In this document: positions 12,318 to 28,308 of the stretch, one piece after another
Numbering within the stretch: position 1 is the first letter of the stretch
How the letters are laid out: every line of letters begins with the position of its first letter
Source of the DNA: the human T2T-CHM13v2.0 reference genome, Homo sapiens
Direction: 5' to 3' (one strand)
NCBI RefSeq assembly: GCF_009914755.1
Contig: NC_060932.1
Length of the DNA: 64,000 bases
Translations under genes and position numbers: made by a program
Notes under the pieces: generated by a model
Databases searched by the model: none
The model's input: only the letters and a program-made list of their open reading frames with translations
What the model was told of the DNA's origin: nothing

Positions 12318-15229
12318 TCAAGGGCCCAATTCTATGGAAGAAACAGCAGAGCTCCTCAGATTACCAATCCTCCATTCTAGTCTCACTGTGCCGTGAACTG
12401 CCAGTGGGTCTTAGGGATGTCCCCCTGCACCTCTTTCAGGTCAGTTTCCTTGACTGACACATAAACACTGAAGGCTCTCTGTGGCTTCTTCCAGCTATCT
12501 AACATTTATATTCCATGGCTGCTTCCAGATGTTTTCTTATCCTGGGTTACCACCTACATTGTTTCTTGGGGAGAAGGATGCCTGACTCCTACAGAGTAAT
12601 GAGACACAAGGAGGGTGCCTGAGCCATTTCTACAGACTCCAAGAGGTTCTAACCAGCCCAGGTCACTTCCACTTTTGAGACCTGTGGACACGTTATGATG
12701 TTATGAAATGCCAGAGCAGGATTACCAAAACTCTCACATATTTGTAAATGCTTGTATTTTGCAAATGACCCTTATTTACAACCAAAATAAAACTTCGTTT
12801 GGGAACAATGTCAAGAGTCTTAATGTGAGGCCTTTTATGAATACAAGGCCTCCTGCTAAATGGCCCACCTGCTTCCCCCTCATAAGCCTGGTCATATCAG
12901 TACCCCCAGGAGCTTGGCACATGGTTTTCACATGGTGAATAATGAAAAAGTACTTCCTAAATGAATAAGTGCACACATGGATGAATAAACAATCTACATG
13001 TCCTTGGGCTCTGCATACTTCATTGGGAAAATAATAAGGTGGCAACAGGGTTCTCTAAGAAGCGTGCAGATTAAAGTTCCCCTCTATGGTTGGCCAGAAC
13101 CCAAAAAATCACCTCACCAATAGATCTAAGGAACAGAAATGAGGCCTTTTAATTAGAAGTAAGAATTAACATTCCAGTTTTAATAGTAAGCATCTAATAC
13201 CAATCTTCAACTAGGATACATTTCTACCACTAGATTTAGAACGGGGAAGGACAGAACTTTCCAGGAGCCATAGACTGGGTCCTTTGAAAGAATTGCTACT
13301 ATGGTTTCAACTGCTGTTGTGTACTTCATACATGTTTTTGCAAGGATTAGGAGGAAATAGTTGGTTAAACAAATCCTTACACCATGGATAAATAGGGGCC
13401 TCAAAAGACTGACAAACATGTTGAACTTGGAAAAATCCCAAGACCATGCATCACAATCTTGACACTACAAGTATCTGTTCCCCACCCAACTGAGCAGATG
13501 TTATTGCTCTCAAAGCTCCATTTTTCAGCCAATGCCTCCTGCTAGATTTACCCACTGAGGATTTCTGATTGATAGCTATAGAGAGGAGAGCCACCTTGAA
13601 GTTACAATTTTTAAAAAATCAGCCGCTAGATTTTGGGTTTGAACATCTCAAAACGATAGGCCCCTTTCTCCCAATTTGCCATGGATATGTCCCAAACAGT
13701 CTGTGCAAGTCTGTGCTTCAGATTCACAGCCCTTAGAAAGAGGAAAACATAACTTGACATCTACCTTCCTCACTGGCTTCATGAAGAGGATTAATGAGTT
13801 CATAAGCATTAAGTACTTTGCAAGCCACAGGTGACTGGAAAACATTATTAGGACCACATTTTTCCTAACAAAGTGGTTCAAGCTTTGAACAGAAGGTTAA
13901 ATCCCAGGAGAAATATCTACTTTTAATACAGGAAGCTGGATGCCTACTGTCAGGTAATAGGATGCCTGTTAAAATGCCCTGGGTTATCCAGTCACTAGTG
14001 ACAGGGACAGATTTAGACAATATGAGGGCAAGAGTATCCCCCAAAGCACTGTTGAAAGTAACTGAAGTAATAAGCAATTCCAATTAACAGTGGCATCTGC
14101 AGCAGCAGCAGAAACACTTTGGTTAGACTGATGTTTCTCTGAACTCACTCCCTTTCTCCAGTCTGAAAACCTTTGCTGTTTTGCAAACCACAGCTCTGTT
14201 AACAATGTCCAGTCATTTACTTCTGCCACATCCAAACTTTGTGTGTGCACAAACATGACCTAGTTGAACTGCAATAATTGTATTTATTTGATACAACCCA
14301 GGTGGGTTCCAAGACTCCTGTTAGCAGGGAAAACACAAAGTCATTAAGTTCACTTCGGGCTTAGATATGTCTCCTTCCTGTTCCCAGGAACATTTCTTCC
14401 TGAATCTATATTTACTCACAAAGTACAAATAATGTGAAATGGCTAAGCAGCTAAAAACTTACAGAAAGATCTCTACTACCCCCACAAAATGATATTCTAT
14501 TTATTTCGCAACCCAGGGTGCCTAAAACTCTAAAACAACTTTAGTCACCAAAAAAGGTGGAAACTTCAGATGCATTTAGGAAGGCAATGACCTCTAAATC
14601 AGGAATCCTGACCTCTAATTTCATCAGTGCTCTGGCATTTCTGCAAACTTTTCATTTTCAGAACAAAAGGATTTGTCTAGTAGGACAATGAGGAGGAGAT
14701 TTTAGGATGAGAATGGAGGTAGGGAAAACACTTATAAAGCTATTGCAGGACTTCAGGAAAGACATAATATGACTGAAAGAAATTAGTGGTGGTGGGAATT
14801 CAAACATGGATTGATTTCCGAAGAGCATCAGGCTTTTTGCTAGTAGCTGAGTCTTCATTGCCATCAAGAGTCCCTGTCTCTGTGAACACCCAACACACAT
14901 ATAAATAACCTTGACATATATTAACTGCTACAACTGTAGCATGAATAAAATGTCTCAGAATCACAAGTTGAGAAGCAATTGATTGAGACTGGAATAGTCT
15001 AAAAAAACTGAAAAAACAATGACATATTGAATAGGATTTCACCTATATCAGAAGGAGGGAAATAGCTTTCTTGGCAGCATGATGCATGCATCTGTTTGGC
15101 AGGCTCAATGCCTAGTGAGTCATTTATTCATTTATCCACTCCATCATTCATTTGTTTATTTATTCATTTATTTATCAGGCCTCTGCAGTATGTTAGGCTC
15201 CACGTGGGGCCCTGGATATATTATATTGA

Positions 15230-16370
<1,141 letters not shown>

Positions 16371-18093
16371 CTGAAAACACAACTCCTTCTACATTTCTTT
16401 TCACCCCACCACCAAATTGGCTTGCCTCATTTGCAGACATATCCTTGAATATCTCTTCTTAAGCTATGCTTTAATATTTATCTGTGACTATTGCATATAC
16501 AGTAGCTAAATATGAAACTCCATTAACATCAGTGTTTTCTGACTCCACTTTGGTGAGTCATTCAACGTAATCAGGACTTAGAAATGAGCAACAGATGTGT
16601 CACATTCTTTGAGCAGTGCTCAAAGAAACCCAAAATGGTCAACATGTAAACTTTTCTAAAATATGTTTTCCTGACATTATGGATGATAATGAGGTTTTCT
16701 AAATTATAAGTCAAAGCCATTTACTTTATAGCATTTCCAGAAAAATCTGAATTGCAGAAATGCCATGTTTCCAAGAAACAGTAATGGTTTCAACTCTGTT
16801 TTCTCTCTTATGTCTTACTCTTTGGATAACCAATAGCAAATTTCTGGAAGGGGAAAGCTGCAAAACCAAATCAAACTGGCACCACAAATGATCAACTGAC
16901 ATCTTCATAGCAGTTTAGTTCATGTTTAAAATTGAAGAATAAAGCACCATACCTGTTAACTATCTCTTAATAAGTGGTACTTCTTAAAGAAATGAGCTAT
17001 CAGGGTAGATAATTTCCCTTTTTATAAAAGTAACATACAATATTTTAAGTTCACCTTTTGTTTTAATTTTATTTAAAATAAATGTGGTCAGACAGAAAAA
17101 TATAAGAGTAAACTCATTACAACTCAGGCCCAATTTGACCTTGAGTAATTAAGCCAAACACCTTCTCATCCTGTGCTATGCCCCGTGATCATCTAATCCC
17201 TGGTTTCCTTAGAGTGAAGCAAAAGCTCTTTGCTCAAATTAGATCCATAGAGAATGAGACTCCAAAAGAGGTCTGTGGACCTACAGGCTATGGGGAATGT
17301 CTGCTGAATCAGTGATTCTAGTAGTAAGTGGTGGGGAGCAAAGAGATAATGTCTAGAGTTGATCATCAAGGAAATGTAACATAAGCATATTTTTAAAGTT
17401 AGGGTGGTAACCACTAAAAGAGCTAAATATGGAAACTGTTAAAAGTGGTTTCCTCTGGGAAGTAAGCTAGGCATTGAGGAGGATGGGGATGGCTGAAGCA
17501 GACACTGTGCTTTGCATTATAAGACATCCTGTATTTTGCCATTTTTTTTTAACCAAAGATATTTTTCACTTGGATAATGTATGAAAATGGTGAGAAAAAG
17601 AACCATGAAAACTATTAAGTGTTATTACTACATATTCACTTACTTTGGCTTATGTAATAAAGATATTTGAATTTAGACTCACAAAGTCACAAAAAGACTA
17701 ACTTCTATCTTACAAATAAAAAGACTGAGACTCAGATAAGTTAAGTGGGTGACCCAAGGCCATGGAGCATAGAGTCAAAGCAAGAGCCCAGCATTCCTAC
17801 TAGGTCTGTGTATTATACGTGTGTGGCCAACCTACCTCTTTTTATGAATTTCACAAAACAGAGAATGGACTCATTCTTATTCAGGAATTTTCAGATGATT
17901 CTATAGGTCCTCCTGGAAAATTATATCACAGCTCAACCTCAGTGGACATTAGAAATGTCTAATGTTAAAGAGAAGAACAAGAAAAGTCCTAGAAGCTGGG
18001 GCATGGAGTTGGAATTTCTAACATAAAGTCTGTCTCTAGCATGGGAGAGACCATATCATTCTGTGTGGCAGCCACTACTGACATATAGCCAGG

Positions 18094-18521
18094 TGTATTA
18101 GTTTGCTAGGGCTGTCATAACAAAGTATCACAAGCCAAGTGGCTTAAACAATGGAATTTTACTGTCTCATTATTCTGGAGACAAGAAGTCCAAAATCACA
18201 GTGTGAGCAGGGTTGGTTCCCTCTAAGGGGCTGTGAGAGAAGGAACTGTCCTGGGCCTCTCTCCATGGCTTGCTGGTAGATCACCTTCTTGCTGTGTCTC
18301 TTTACATGGTCTTCCCTCCATGCATGTCTGTGTGTTCAAATTTCCCCTTTTTATAAGAATACCAGTGATACTGGACTAGGGGCTAATCCTACTCCAATAT
18401 AACCTCGTTTTAGCTAATCATATTTGCAACAATCCTATTTTCAAATGCAGTCACCTTTTGAGATACTGGAGTTAAGATTTCAATATATGAATTTTGAGGA
18501 GACACAATTCAACCCATGAAA
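18094..18521 (-). mobile_element. MLT1A/B-like solo LTR
   Basis: tgtattagtttgctagggctgtcataacaaagtatcac...gacacaattcaaccc; perfect 5-bp TSD ccagg (18089-18093 / 18522-18526). Confidence 0.85.
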
Positions 18522-19907
18522 CCAGGAGAAAACAAAATCCTTGAAGCCTTCCCTCGAACATTTAGAGTTTCTTTTTTAAAAGAAACCTTTTTTTAAAAAA
18601 AGTTTTTTAAAAGTTAAAATCAACTGAAATACAACATTTATTGGTTAGAGATTTCCTGCACATTTACCTATTTTTAAAAACTCTATTAAATAAAATGGAG
18701 AACAGAAACCACATTATCTCCCAGAATGTAATAATAATTTAAATTAGGCATAAATATGTATACATACATACCTACACACACACACATATATATGTAAAAT
18801 GTTATAGTATAAACGTAACAAATGTTATATAACAGAGTTACCATCCAATAATGTAAAAACATTCACCTAACAGATACACGAAAAAGTTCTACCCTCAAGT
18901 GGATACGTCACGTTTTAAGAGGTCTTGTCAATTATAACTGAACCACTAAATGAAATCTGAGCACCTCAAACTGGGAAAACACACATGAAAATTTAAAATC
19001 CAATTTACTTTTCCATTTGACCATGATATTTACCTTTTGCTTTTTCACTCAGAAAGAAAAACAAGGAAAACAAGTTTCTCTTTGATTTCCAGTCAACTCT
19101 TCATGCACTGGTCTTTATACTAAGAATATATCTCTTCACAGGAAGTTTAAGAGAGAAAAAGTTTCTCTTAATGAGTGTGTCTAATCAATAGTTGGTCTAT
19201 AATATGCAATTGTATCCTAACCTAAAAAGCTTCTGCAAATATGTTTATCTAACTTGGCTTAACTATTCTGGTTAATTTTGAACACAAGTTCTGCTAGCAA
19301 TCTAACAGAATAGCAAGTATTTCTCATGGAAGTAAATTATATAAATTATATATCACTGATATTTTCCAAATACACTACTTCTCACTCTCAGTTGGTTGGT
19401 TTTCACTAACTCATTTCACCTACTCACTCACTTTTACTGAATCATTCAACAATTGTGGGAAAATCTCAATCTAAATGTGGGTTGCTTTTTTAAAATTTAT
19501 AATATTGCTGCTTGGACTTGGAATGCATTGTTTAAAATGAAAGTTATGTTATACATGTAGAATATGCACTGAATATTATACTGAATACACATGTGCATTC
19601 AATAAATGCATATTTAATCATGAGATGAAAAAAAATAATGTCAATACCCCTAACCAAAACCTAAAATAATATGAAATGTTTTCTTATGGAAAAAGTTTTC
19701 TCCTTATTTTTCATCTTTTTTCAAATTCTCCCTCCTCTTCCTCCAACTTGCCCTGATAGAGTCCTGGCTTTCCCCTGAAAATACCACTTTGTAACCCCTT
19801 TTAGTCCTTTCCAATTCTAGACACTGCTGCTTCAATCTCTGTCCAACTTCAAGGGCAAAGAAGAACAATCAGTAAACTCTTTGTTCCCTACTGCCCCTTC
19901 CAGATCC

Positions 19908-20572
<665 letters not shown>

Positions 20573-20836
20573 TAATATCTCAATAAATCGCATTTCATAA
20601 GCTACTCCACGATGTGGCAGGTCATAACCATGAGCCACTTCTCAGAAAGTGTGCTCAGAGTCCTGGCTGAGTGGGCATCTAGCCACATGGCCTGATTTCC
20701 TGGACACAGCTGTCCGGACAAAGGAGAGACACCTGACCCGAGCCACACTAATCAGATCCCTTCTCTCTCCAGAATTTGGAATTGGAATATTCTTGGTGTG
20801 GAATGCTGTGGAAAAATGATGTTAAAAATGGCAATG

Positions 20837-23800
20837 ATAGCTTTTTCTTTCCAAGATGGTGGATTGGAGGCATTGTAAGCATGCCTCTTCCACTTGAAAA
20901 GACAAAATAGTGTATTGAGATTCATGCTGTAAACAGTTTTCCAAGAAGCAACACAGGAATTTAAAAGAAAAACGGAAAGAAATTGCTGACTCTTGGAAAG
21001 AAGCAGTGGGCAGCAGCCTACACTGTGAACCAGGAGAAAAACTGAGTCTGCAGAGTTTAAGGAGGGGAGAGACTGCCTCTATGACACAACCCCACACTGG
21101 GGAGTCCAGGACAAGGGGGAAGGCCTCAACCCTACTAAGTGCTGGAACTAATTTAGTGAGTGCTGGGGAATATATGAGAAGGAGTGGCATCAGGATGTCA
21201 TCTGAGTGCACCCTCAGACTCCAGCAGGGATGGAGGGAAACCGTTCTTCATTCCACCTCACAGGGGACCTTGCAGAAGTCTGTCAGCTAATTCAGGCAGT
21301 GGTCACGGGTTTAGAGAAACCCCCAGCTGAGATTCATGATATAATCTTGAGTAGGAATGAAACCCTATGACCAGAACCATTGAGAGAGCAGGAAGTGTGC
21401 TACAGCCATGGGCACAGGAGTTGGCATTTCTGTTTCCTGGGTGGACCAGGAGGGGTATGGCCTGGAAACCATGATTTCTGTCTCAGTCAAGAAGGGTTAT
21501 GGCCCGGGGCAGTTTTGGGTTCTGAGTACAGGCTGCCTGGAACCCAGCTAGCTGCTGCTAGCAGAACACTGTGGGTGTCAGACCTCCCTTGCCAAATGCG
21601 TGGGAGCTGAGTGCAGCTTACTGCCACCTGCTACTCCCCGATCCCCACGCAGATCATTTTGTGCAGTGGAGGCAGCTGTGCTCCTCACTGGAACATTACT
21701 GCAGCAGCCTGAGAACTGCCCTCTGATCCCCATTGGGGCTGCTGCTTGAGCCCGCACATGAGAAGCCAGTGCATGGACTTGTCTGACCTGGCCCCCATGT
21801 GGCTTTGCTCCTCCACCCACTCTGGTAGTGAAACACAATTAACAGGGAATTTTGGGTGCTCCATGGCCCCGCCCACTGCCTGAGACCCCCAGAGTACCTA
21901 CTCTGGGAAACACAAGGCAAACACAAATCCCACTGTTACTACCACAGCTGGAGCTCTTTTGCAAGCATCACCTCCTGGCTGGAAGCCAGCCATCCCAGCC
22001 CATTACAACATCTGCAGGCACAATAACACAGCACTCAGGAAGGAAAAACTTGCACAACCTCAGCTATTGCCATTGCCTGCATTACGCTGGCTAACCAGGA
22101 GGTCTTGAGTCTGTCCATGTGCCCAGTACATTACTACTACTGCTGGCATTTGAGAAATTTGAGAAAGCCAACACACTAAGGCTATTTATAACCAAGGAAA
22201 TCTCACACAATCTACGTGACTTCCCTCCTACTCCCATCAGAGCTGACGCAGTACCTGCTGCTGGGAGACTAGAGGACAGGTTATACCACTGAACCGTCTG
22301 CAGATATTCCCCAGCAACAGTCTGGGGTGCGGAAGCCCCACTGGGTGGCTAGACTAAGAGGAGCAGAGGGATTTCCAGTAGTCTGGCCCTCAGGGATTGC
22401 TACTCCTAGGGAAGAAGGCATGCACCACATTAAGGGAGCACCCTGTGAGGCAAAGGAAATCAGGCTGCAGGCCTTGCACCCCTGCACTTTCTACTTGTGG
22501 GAAGTCTGTTTCAGCAGAGATACAGGTGCAGTGCTGGGTTCAGTGAGAAGAGTCTGGCGCTCTAGCCCAACGATCAGGCAGCCCTGGTGCTCATGAAGGG
22601 TCTTAGAGAAGGGACTTCTCCCCCTTGCCCACCACTGCAGACACAGCTGGGGCTTTTACCACAGGAGTTCAGCATGGGAACATCTGTAGACAGCCTTTCT
22701 GGAACACTTCAGGGTGACTGCATCCCTGTAGGAGGAGTACCCTCCAGGTTCAGGCTTGCATGAGAGGTAGAGTCACAATCCCTCCCTACACAGAACATCA
22801 GCATTCCTACAGATGAAAAGAGGTACTGGTCTGATCTGAATAGCCAGAATACCAGGTCAAGAGTGTGACTGGAAGGAGGACTGCTTTCCTGCTGGCTTGC
22901 AATGGAGGCTGTTGTGGCTCCTTCCCTTCCCCCTGAAATACCTCATTGCATTTCACTGAAAGCTTCCCCACCTACCTCTGTCAAGTCTGGGACCTTGGCA
23001 CACTGTTAGGGTAATGTGTTTGTCCACCCGCTTTAGCCACTGCCAGATTTTACCCATAGCCATCTCCCACTCGCCTGAAGCCTGAACTGTTCAACCCAAT
23101 GAAGAAAGTACTAGGGAAAAAACGTTTTTTAAATGCATACCACTGGGGAATAAGATAAGCTTCATGAGACCTCTGCCATTCCAGCCCAACAGGAGACAGT
23201 GAACCTGCTCACATACCTAACACATCACTATTACAAACAGCATCTGAGAAAGCCATTACACAAGGATTCTCTATAAACAAGAAACTCATACAGAGTATTC
23301 ACCATGGAAAATACCCAGAGCTGAAGCTAGGTGACAATAACCTATAAACATTAAAGTCACATCCTCAAGAGAAAAATAATTTTTAAAAAAAGTTGAATCA
23401 AAAATAAATTTTAAAATAATTAGATGAAATAGTTTACCTAAAAAAGAAAAAAATGAGAAAAACAATTCACGCAATATGAAAAGAAAACAGCATTCTCTAA
23501 TATCCCTAGAAGAGTATACTAACTCTACAGCAGTGGATTCAAACCCAAATGCAATCTTTGAAATAACCAGATAAAAAATTCAAAAGGTTGATTATTAAGT
23601 CACTAATGGAGATACAGAAGAAAGGTAAAAAAAACAACATAAATAAATTTCAAAAACAATTCAGGATATGAATGAAAAATTTTCTAAAGAGGTACATATT
23701 TTAAAGAAAAACCATCAGAATTACTGGAAATGAAAGACATATTTAGGTAACTATAAAATGCAGAAGAAAGCTTTAACAATAGACTAGATCAAGTAGAAGA

Positions 23801-26800
23801 ATTTCAGAGCCTGAGGACAAGGCTTTTGAATTAACCAAATTAGACAAAAATTACAAAAAAATTAAAAGAAATGAATGAAGTCTCTAAGAAATATGGGATT
23901 ATGTAAAATGGCCAAACCTATGAATCATAGGTGTTCCTGAGGAGAAGAAAAAGCAAAAAGTTTGGGAAACCTATTTGAGGGAATGATGAAGGAAAACTTC
24001 CCTGGCCTTGCTAGAGATTTAGACATCCAAATAAAAGATGATCAAATAATTCCTGGAAGATTCATTGCACAAAGAAAATCATCAAGACATATAGTCATCA
24101 GGCTATCTAAACTCAACCTGAAAGAAACAATTCTAACAGCAGTGAGACAAAAGCATCAGGTAACCTGTAAAGGAAAATCTATCAGACTAACAGGAGACTT
24201 CTGAGTAGAAACCTGACATCTAGAAGGGATTGGGGTCCTATCTTTAGTCTCCTTAAATAGAATAACTGTCAGCCAAGAATTCTGCATCCAGCAAAACTAA
24301 ATTTTATAAATGAAGAAGAAATATAGTCTTTTTTAGGTGAGCAAATGCTGGGGGAATTTGTCAATTCTAGACCAGCCCTACAAGAAATACTAAAAGGAGT
24401 TCTAAATCTTGAAACAAAAGGCTGCTACACATTGGAATAGATACTCCTGAAAGCTTAAAATTAACAGGGCTTATAAAACAATAAGACAAGTAAGAAAACA
24501 AAGTCATTAGGTAACAATTAACATGATGACTGGAACAGTCATTCACATTCACATCTTCATATTAATGTTGAATGTAAATGGTCTAAATGGTCCAATTAAG
24601 ATATACAGATTGGCATAACTGATTTAAAAATCATAAACCAAATATCTGCTGTCTTCAAGAGATACAACTAACATGTAAGGAATCTTATGGACCCAAGGTA
24701 AGGGGGTGGAAAAAGATATTTCATGCAAATGGAAACCAAAATCAAGCAGTAGTAACAATTCTTATATCAGATAAAACAGATGTTAAAGCAAAAACAGCAC
24801 AAGGAAAAGACAAAGAAGGTCATTACATAATGATAAAATGATCAATTCAACAAGAAGATCTAGCAATTCTAAATACATATGCAACTAACTCTGACGCTCC
24901 AAGATTCATAAAGCAGTTACTATTAGATATATGAAAAGAAATAGTCAGCAGCACAATAATAGTGGAGGACTTCAACACTCCATTGACAGCACTAGACAGA
25001 ACATTGAGGCAGAAAATCAACAAAGAAACACTGGACTTAAACTGTACTCTAGCTCAAATGGATCTAAAAGACCCTTACAAAACATACTACCCAAGAACCT
25101 CAGAATACACATTCTTCTCATCAGCACACAAAACATTCTCCAAGAGAGACTATATGATAGGCCACAAAACAAGCCTCAATAAATTTTAAATTATTGAAAC
25201 AGTATCAAGTATCTTCTCAGAGCACAGCAGAATAAAATTAGAAATCAATTCCAAAAGTAACCTTCAAACCATACAAATACATAGTGATTAAACAAATCTG
25301 CTCCAGAATGATTTTTGTTTTAACAACGAAATAAAGATGAAAATTTAAGAATTTTCTGAAATGAATGATCACAGTGAAACAAATGATCAAAACCTCTGGG
25401 ATATAGCAAAAGGCGTGCTAAGAAGAAAGTTTATAGCACAAAATGCCATCCAGAGAGTTTGAAAGATCAAAAATTGATAATCTAATGTCATGCCTCAAGG
25501 AAGTAGAAAAAAAAAGAACACACCAAACCCAAAGCTAGCAAGTAAAAAGAAATAAAAAGGATTAGAGCAGAATCTAATGAAATTGAAACCAGAAGAAAAA
25601 AAATCAATGAAACAAAAAGCTGGTTCTTTGAAGAGATTAATGAAATTGAAAAGCCACTTGCTAGATTAACCAAGAAGAGAAGAAATTCAGATAAACTCAA
25701 TTAGAAGGGAAAATGGAGACATTACGACTGACACTACAGAAATACAGAAGATCATCTGAGACTACTATGAACACCTCTATGCACACAAACAAAAAAATCT
25801 AGAGAAATTGGATAAATTCCTGAAAACATATAACCCCCGACCTTGCTTGAATCAGGAAGAAATAGACATCCTGAACAGATCAATAAAAAGCAATGAGATT
25901 GACTCAGTAATTTTAAAAAAGCTGCCAACAAAAAAAGCCCAAGGCCAGACAGATTCTCAGCCAAATTCTACCAGACATTCAAAGGAGAATTGGTACCAAT
26001 TATAATGAAACTATTCCAAAGATTGAGAAGGAGAGAATCCTTCCTAACTCATTCTACAAAGCCAGTATCACCCTGATACCAAAACCAGGAAAGAATATAA
26101 CAAAAAAAGAGAAAGCTACAGACCAATGTATTTGATGAATATAGATACAAAAATCCTCTACAAAATTCTAGCCAACCAAATCCAACAGCACATCAAAAAA
26201 AGTAATTCACCATGATCAGGTGGGTTTTATTCCAGGGATGGAGGCCTGTTTCAACATGTGAAAGTCAATAAATGGGATTTATCACAAGAACAATTAAAAA
26301 CAAAAGCCTTATGAACATTTCCATAGACACAGAAAAAGCATTCAATAAAATCCAGCATCCTTTTATGATACAAACCATCAAAAAACTAGACATACAAGGA
26401 ATATACCTCAAATAATAAAATCCATATATGACAAACCCATAGCCAACATCATACTGAATGGGAAAAAATGGAAAGCATTGCCCCTAAGAACTGGAACAAG
26501 ACAAGGATGCCCACTTTCACCACTCATATTCAACATAGTACTGGAAATCCTAGACAGAGCAATCAGGCAAGAGAAAGAAATAAAGGGCGTCCAAATTGGA
26601 AAAGAGGAAGTCAAATTTTCTGTTTGTCAATGACATAATCTTATAAGTAGAAATCCCTAAAAACTCTTCCGAGAGATTACTAGATCTGATAAATTAATTC
26701 AGTAAAGTCTCAGGTTACCAAATCAGTGTATACAAATCAGCAGCACTGCTATACACCAAAGACAACCAAGATGAGAATAAAACCAAGAACACAATTCCTT

Positions 26801-28272
26801 TTACAATAGCAAAAAATAAAATAAAATAAAATACTTAGGAATTTACTTAACCAAGGAGGCAAAAGATGTCTACCAGGAGAACTACAAAACACTACAGAAA
26901 GAAATCATAGATGATACAAACAAATGGAAATACATCTTGTGCTCATGGATTGGAAGAATCGGTATCATGAAAATGGACATACTGCCCAAAGCAATCTACA
27001 GATTCAATTCAATTTCTATCAAAATGTCAACATCATTTTTTAAAGAATTCGAAAAAAATCATCCTCAAATTCCTATGGAACTTAAAAAGAGCCCAAATAG
27101 CCAAGGCAATCCTAAGCAAAAAGAACAAATCTGGAGGCAACATATTACCTGACTTCAAATTATACTACTATAGTATATAGTACTATATACTATATACTAT
27201 ATATAGTTTTGGTTACATGTTTTGTAACCAAACATGTATACTATAGCAACCAAAACAGCATGGTGCTGGTATGAAAGTAGACACATAGACCATTGGAACA
27301 GACTACAGAACCCATAAATAAAGTCAAATACAACCAACTGGGCTTCAACAAAGCATACAAAAACATAAATTGGGGAAAGGAGGCAATAAATGTTGATAGG
27401 AAAATTGAAGGGCCACATGTAGAAGAATGAATCCGGATCCTATTTCTCACCACATACAAAAATTAACTCAAGATGGATCAAAGACTTCAATCTAAGGCCT
27501 GAAACCATAATAATTCTAGAAGGAAAACTAAGGAAAACTCTTCTGGACATCAGCCTAGGCAAAGAATTTATGACTAAAACCCCGAAAGCAAATAAAACTT
27601 TACCAAGTAAATGAGACCTAATTCAACTGAAAAGCTTCTGCACAGCAAAAGAAATACTCATCAGAGTAAACAGATAACTTACAGAATGGGAGAACATATT
27701 TGCAAAATATGCATCTGACAAAAGACTAATATCCAGAATCTACAAGGAACTCAAACAAATCATCAAGAAAAAATCCAAATAATCCCATTAAAATGTGGGC
27801 AAATATCATGAATACTTGAAGCTATGAATTTCTCAAAAGAAGATATACAAATTCCAACAAACATGAAAAAATGCTCAACATCAATTATCAGGGAAATGCG
27901 AATTAAAATTACAATGAGATACTACCTTACCCCAATCAGAATAAACATTATTAAAAATTTTTTAAAACCCACACAACAGATGGTGGTGTGGATGTCATGA
28001 AAATGGAACACTTATACACTGCTGGTGGGAATGTAAATTAGTACACCTCTATGGAAAATGGTATGGAGATTTCTCAAAATAGATCTACCATTCGATCCAG
28101 CAATCCCACTACTGAGTATTTACCCAAAGGAAAACATTAACTATATTAAAATGACACCTGCATGGGTATGTTTATTACAGCATGATTCACAATTGTAAAG
28201 ATATGGAAATGACTGAAATGCTCATCAACCGATGAGTGGGTACCACTCATATATATATGAGTACTAAAGAAG

Positions 28273-28308
<36 letters not shown>

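Noticed and set aside
18571-18613. T7A7-centred palindrome
   Set aside because: Homopolymer-driven low complexity, expected by chance in AT-rich DNA.
23962-27152. ORFs with L1 ORF1, endonuclease and RT similarity as an active retroelement or novel RT system
   Set aside because: Fragments of a decayed L1PB with many stops and frameshifts. The catalytic FADD motif reads FVND.
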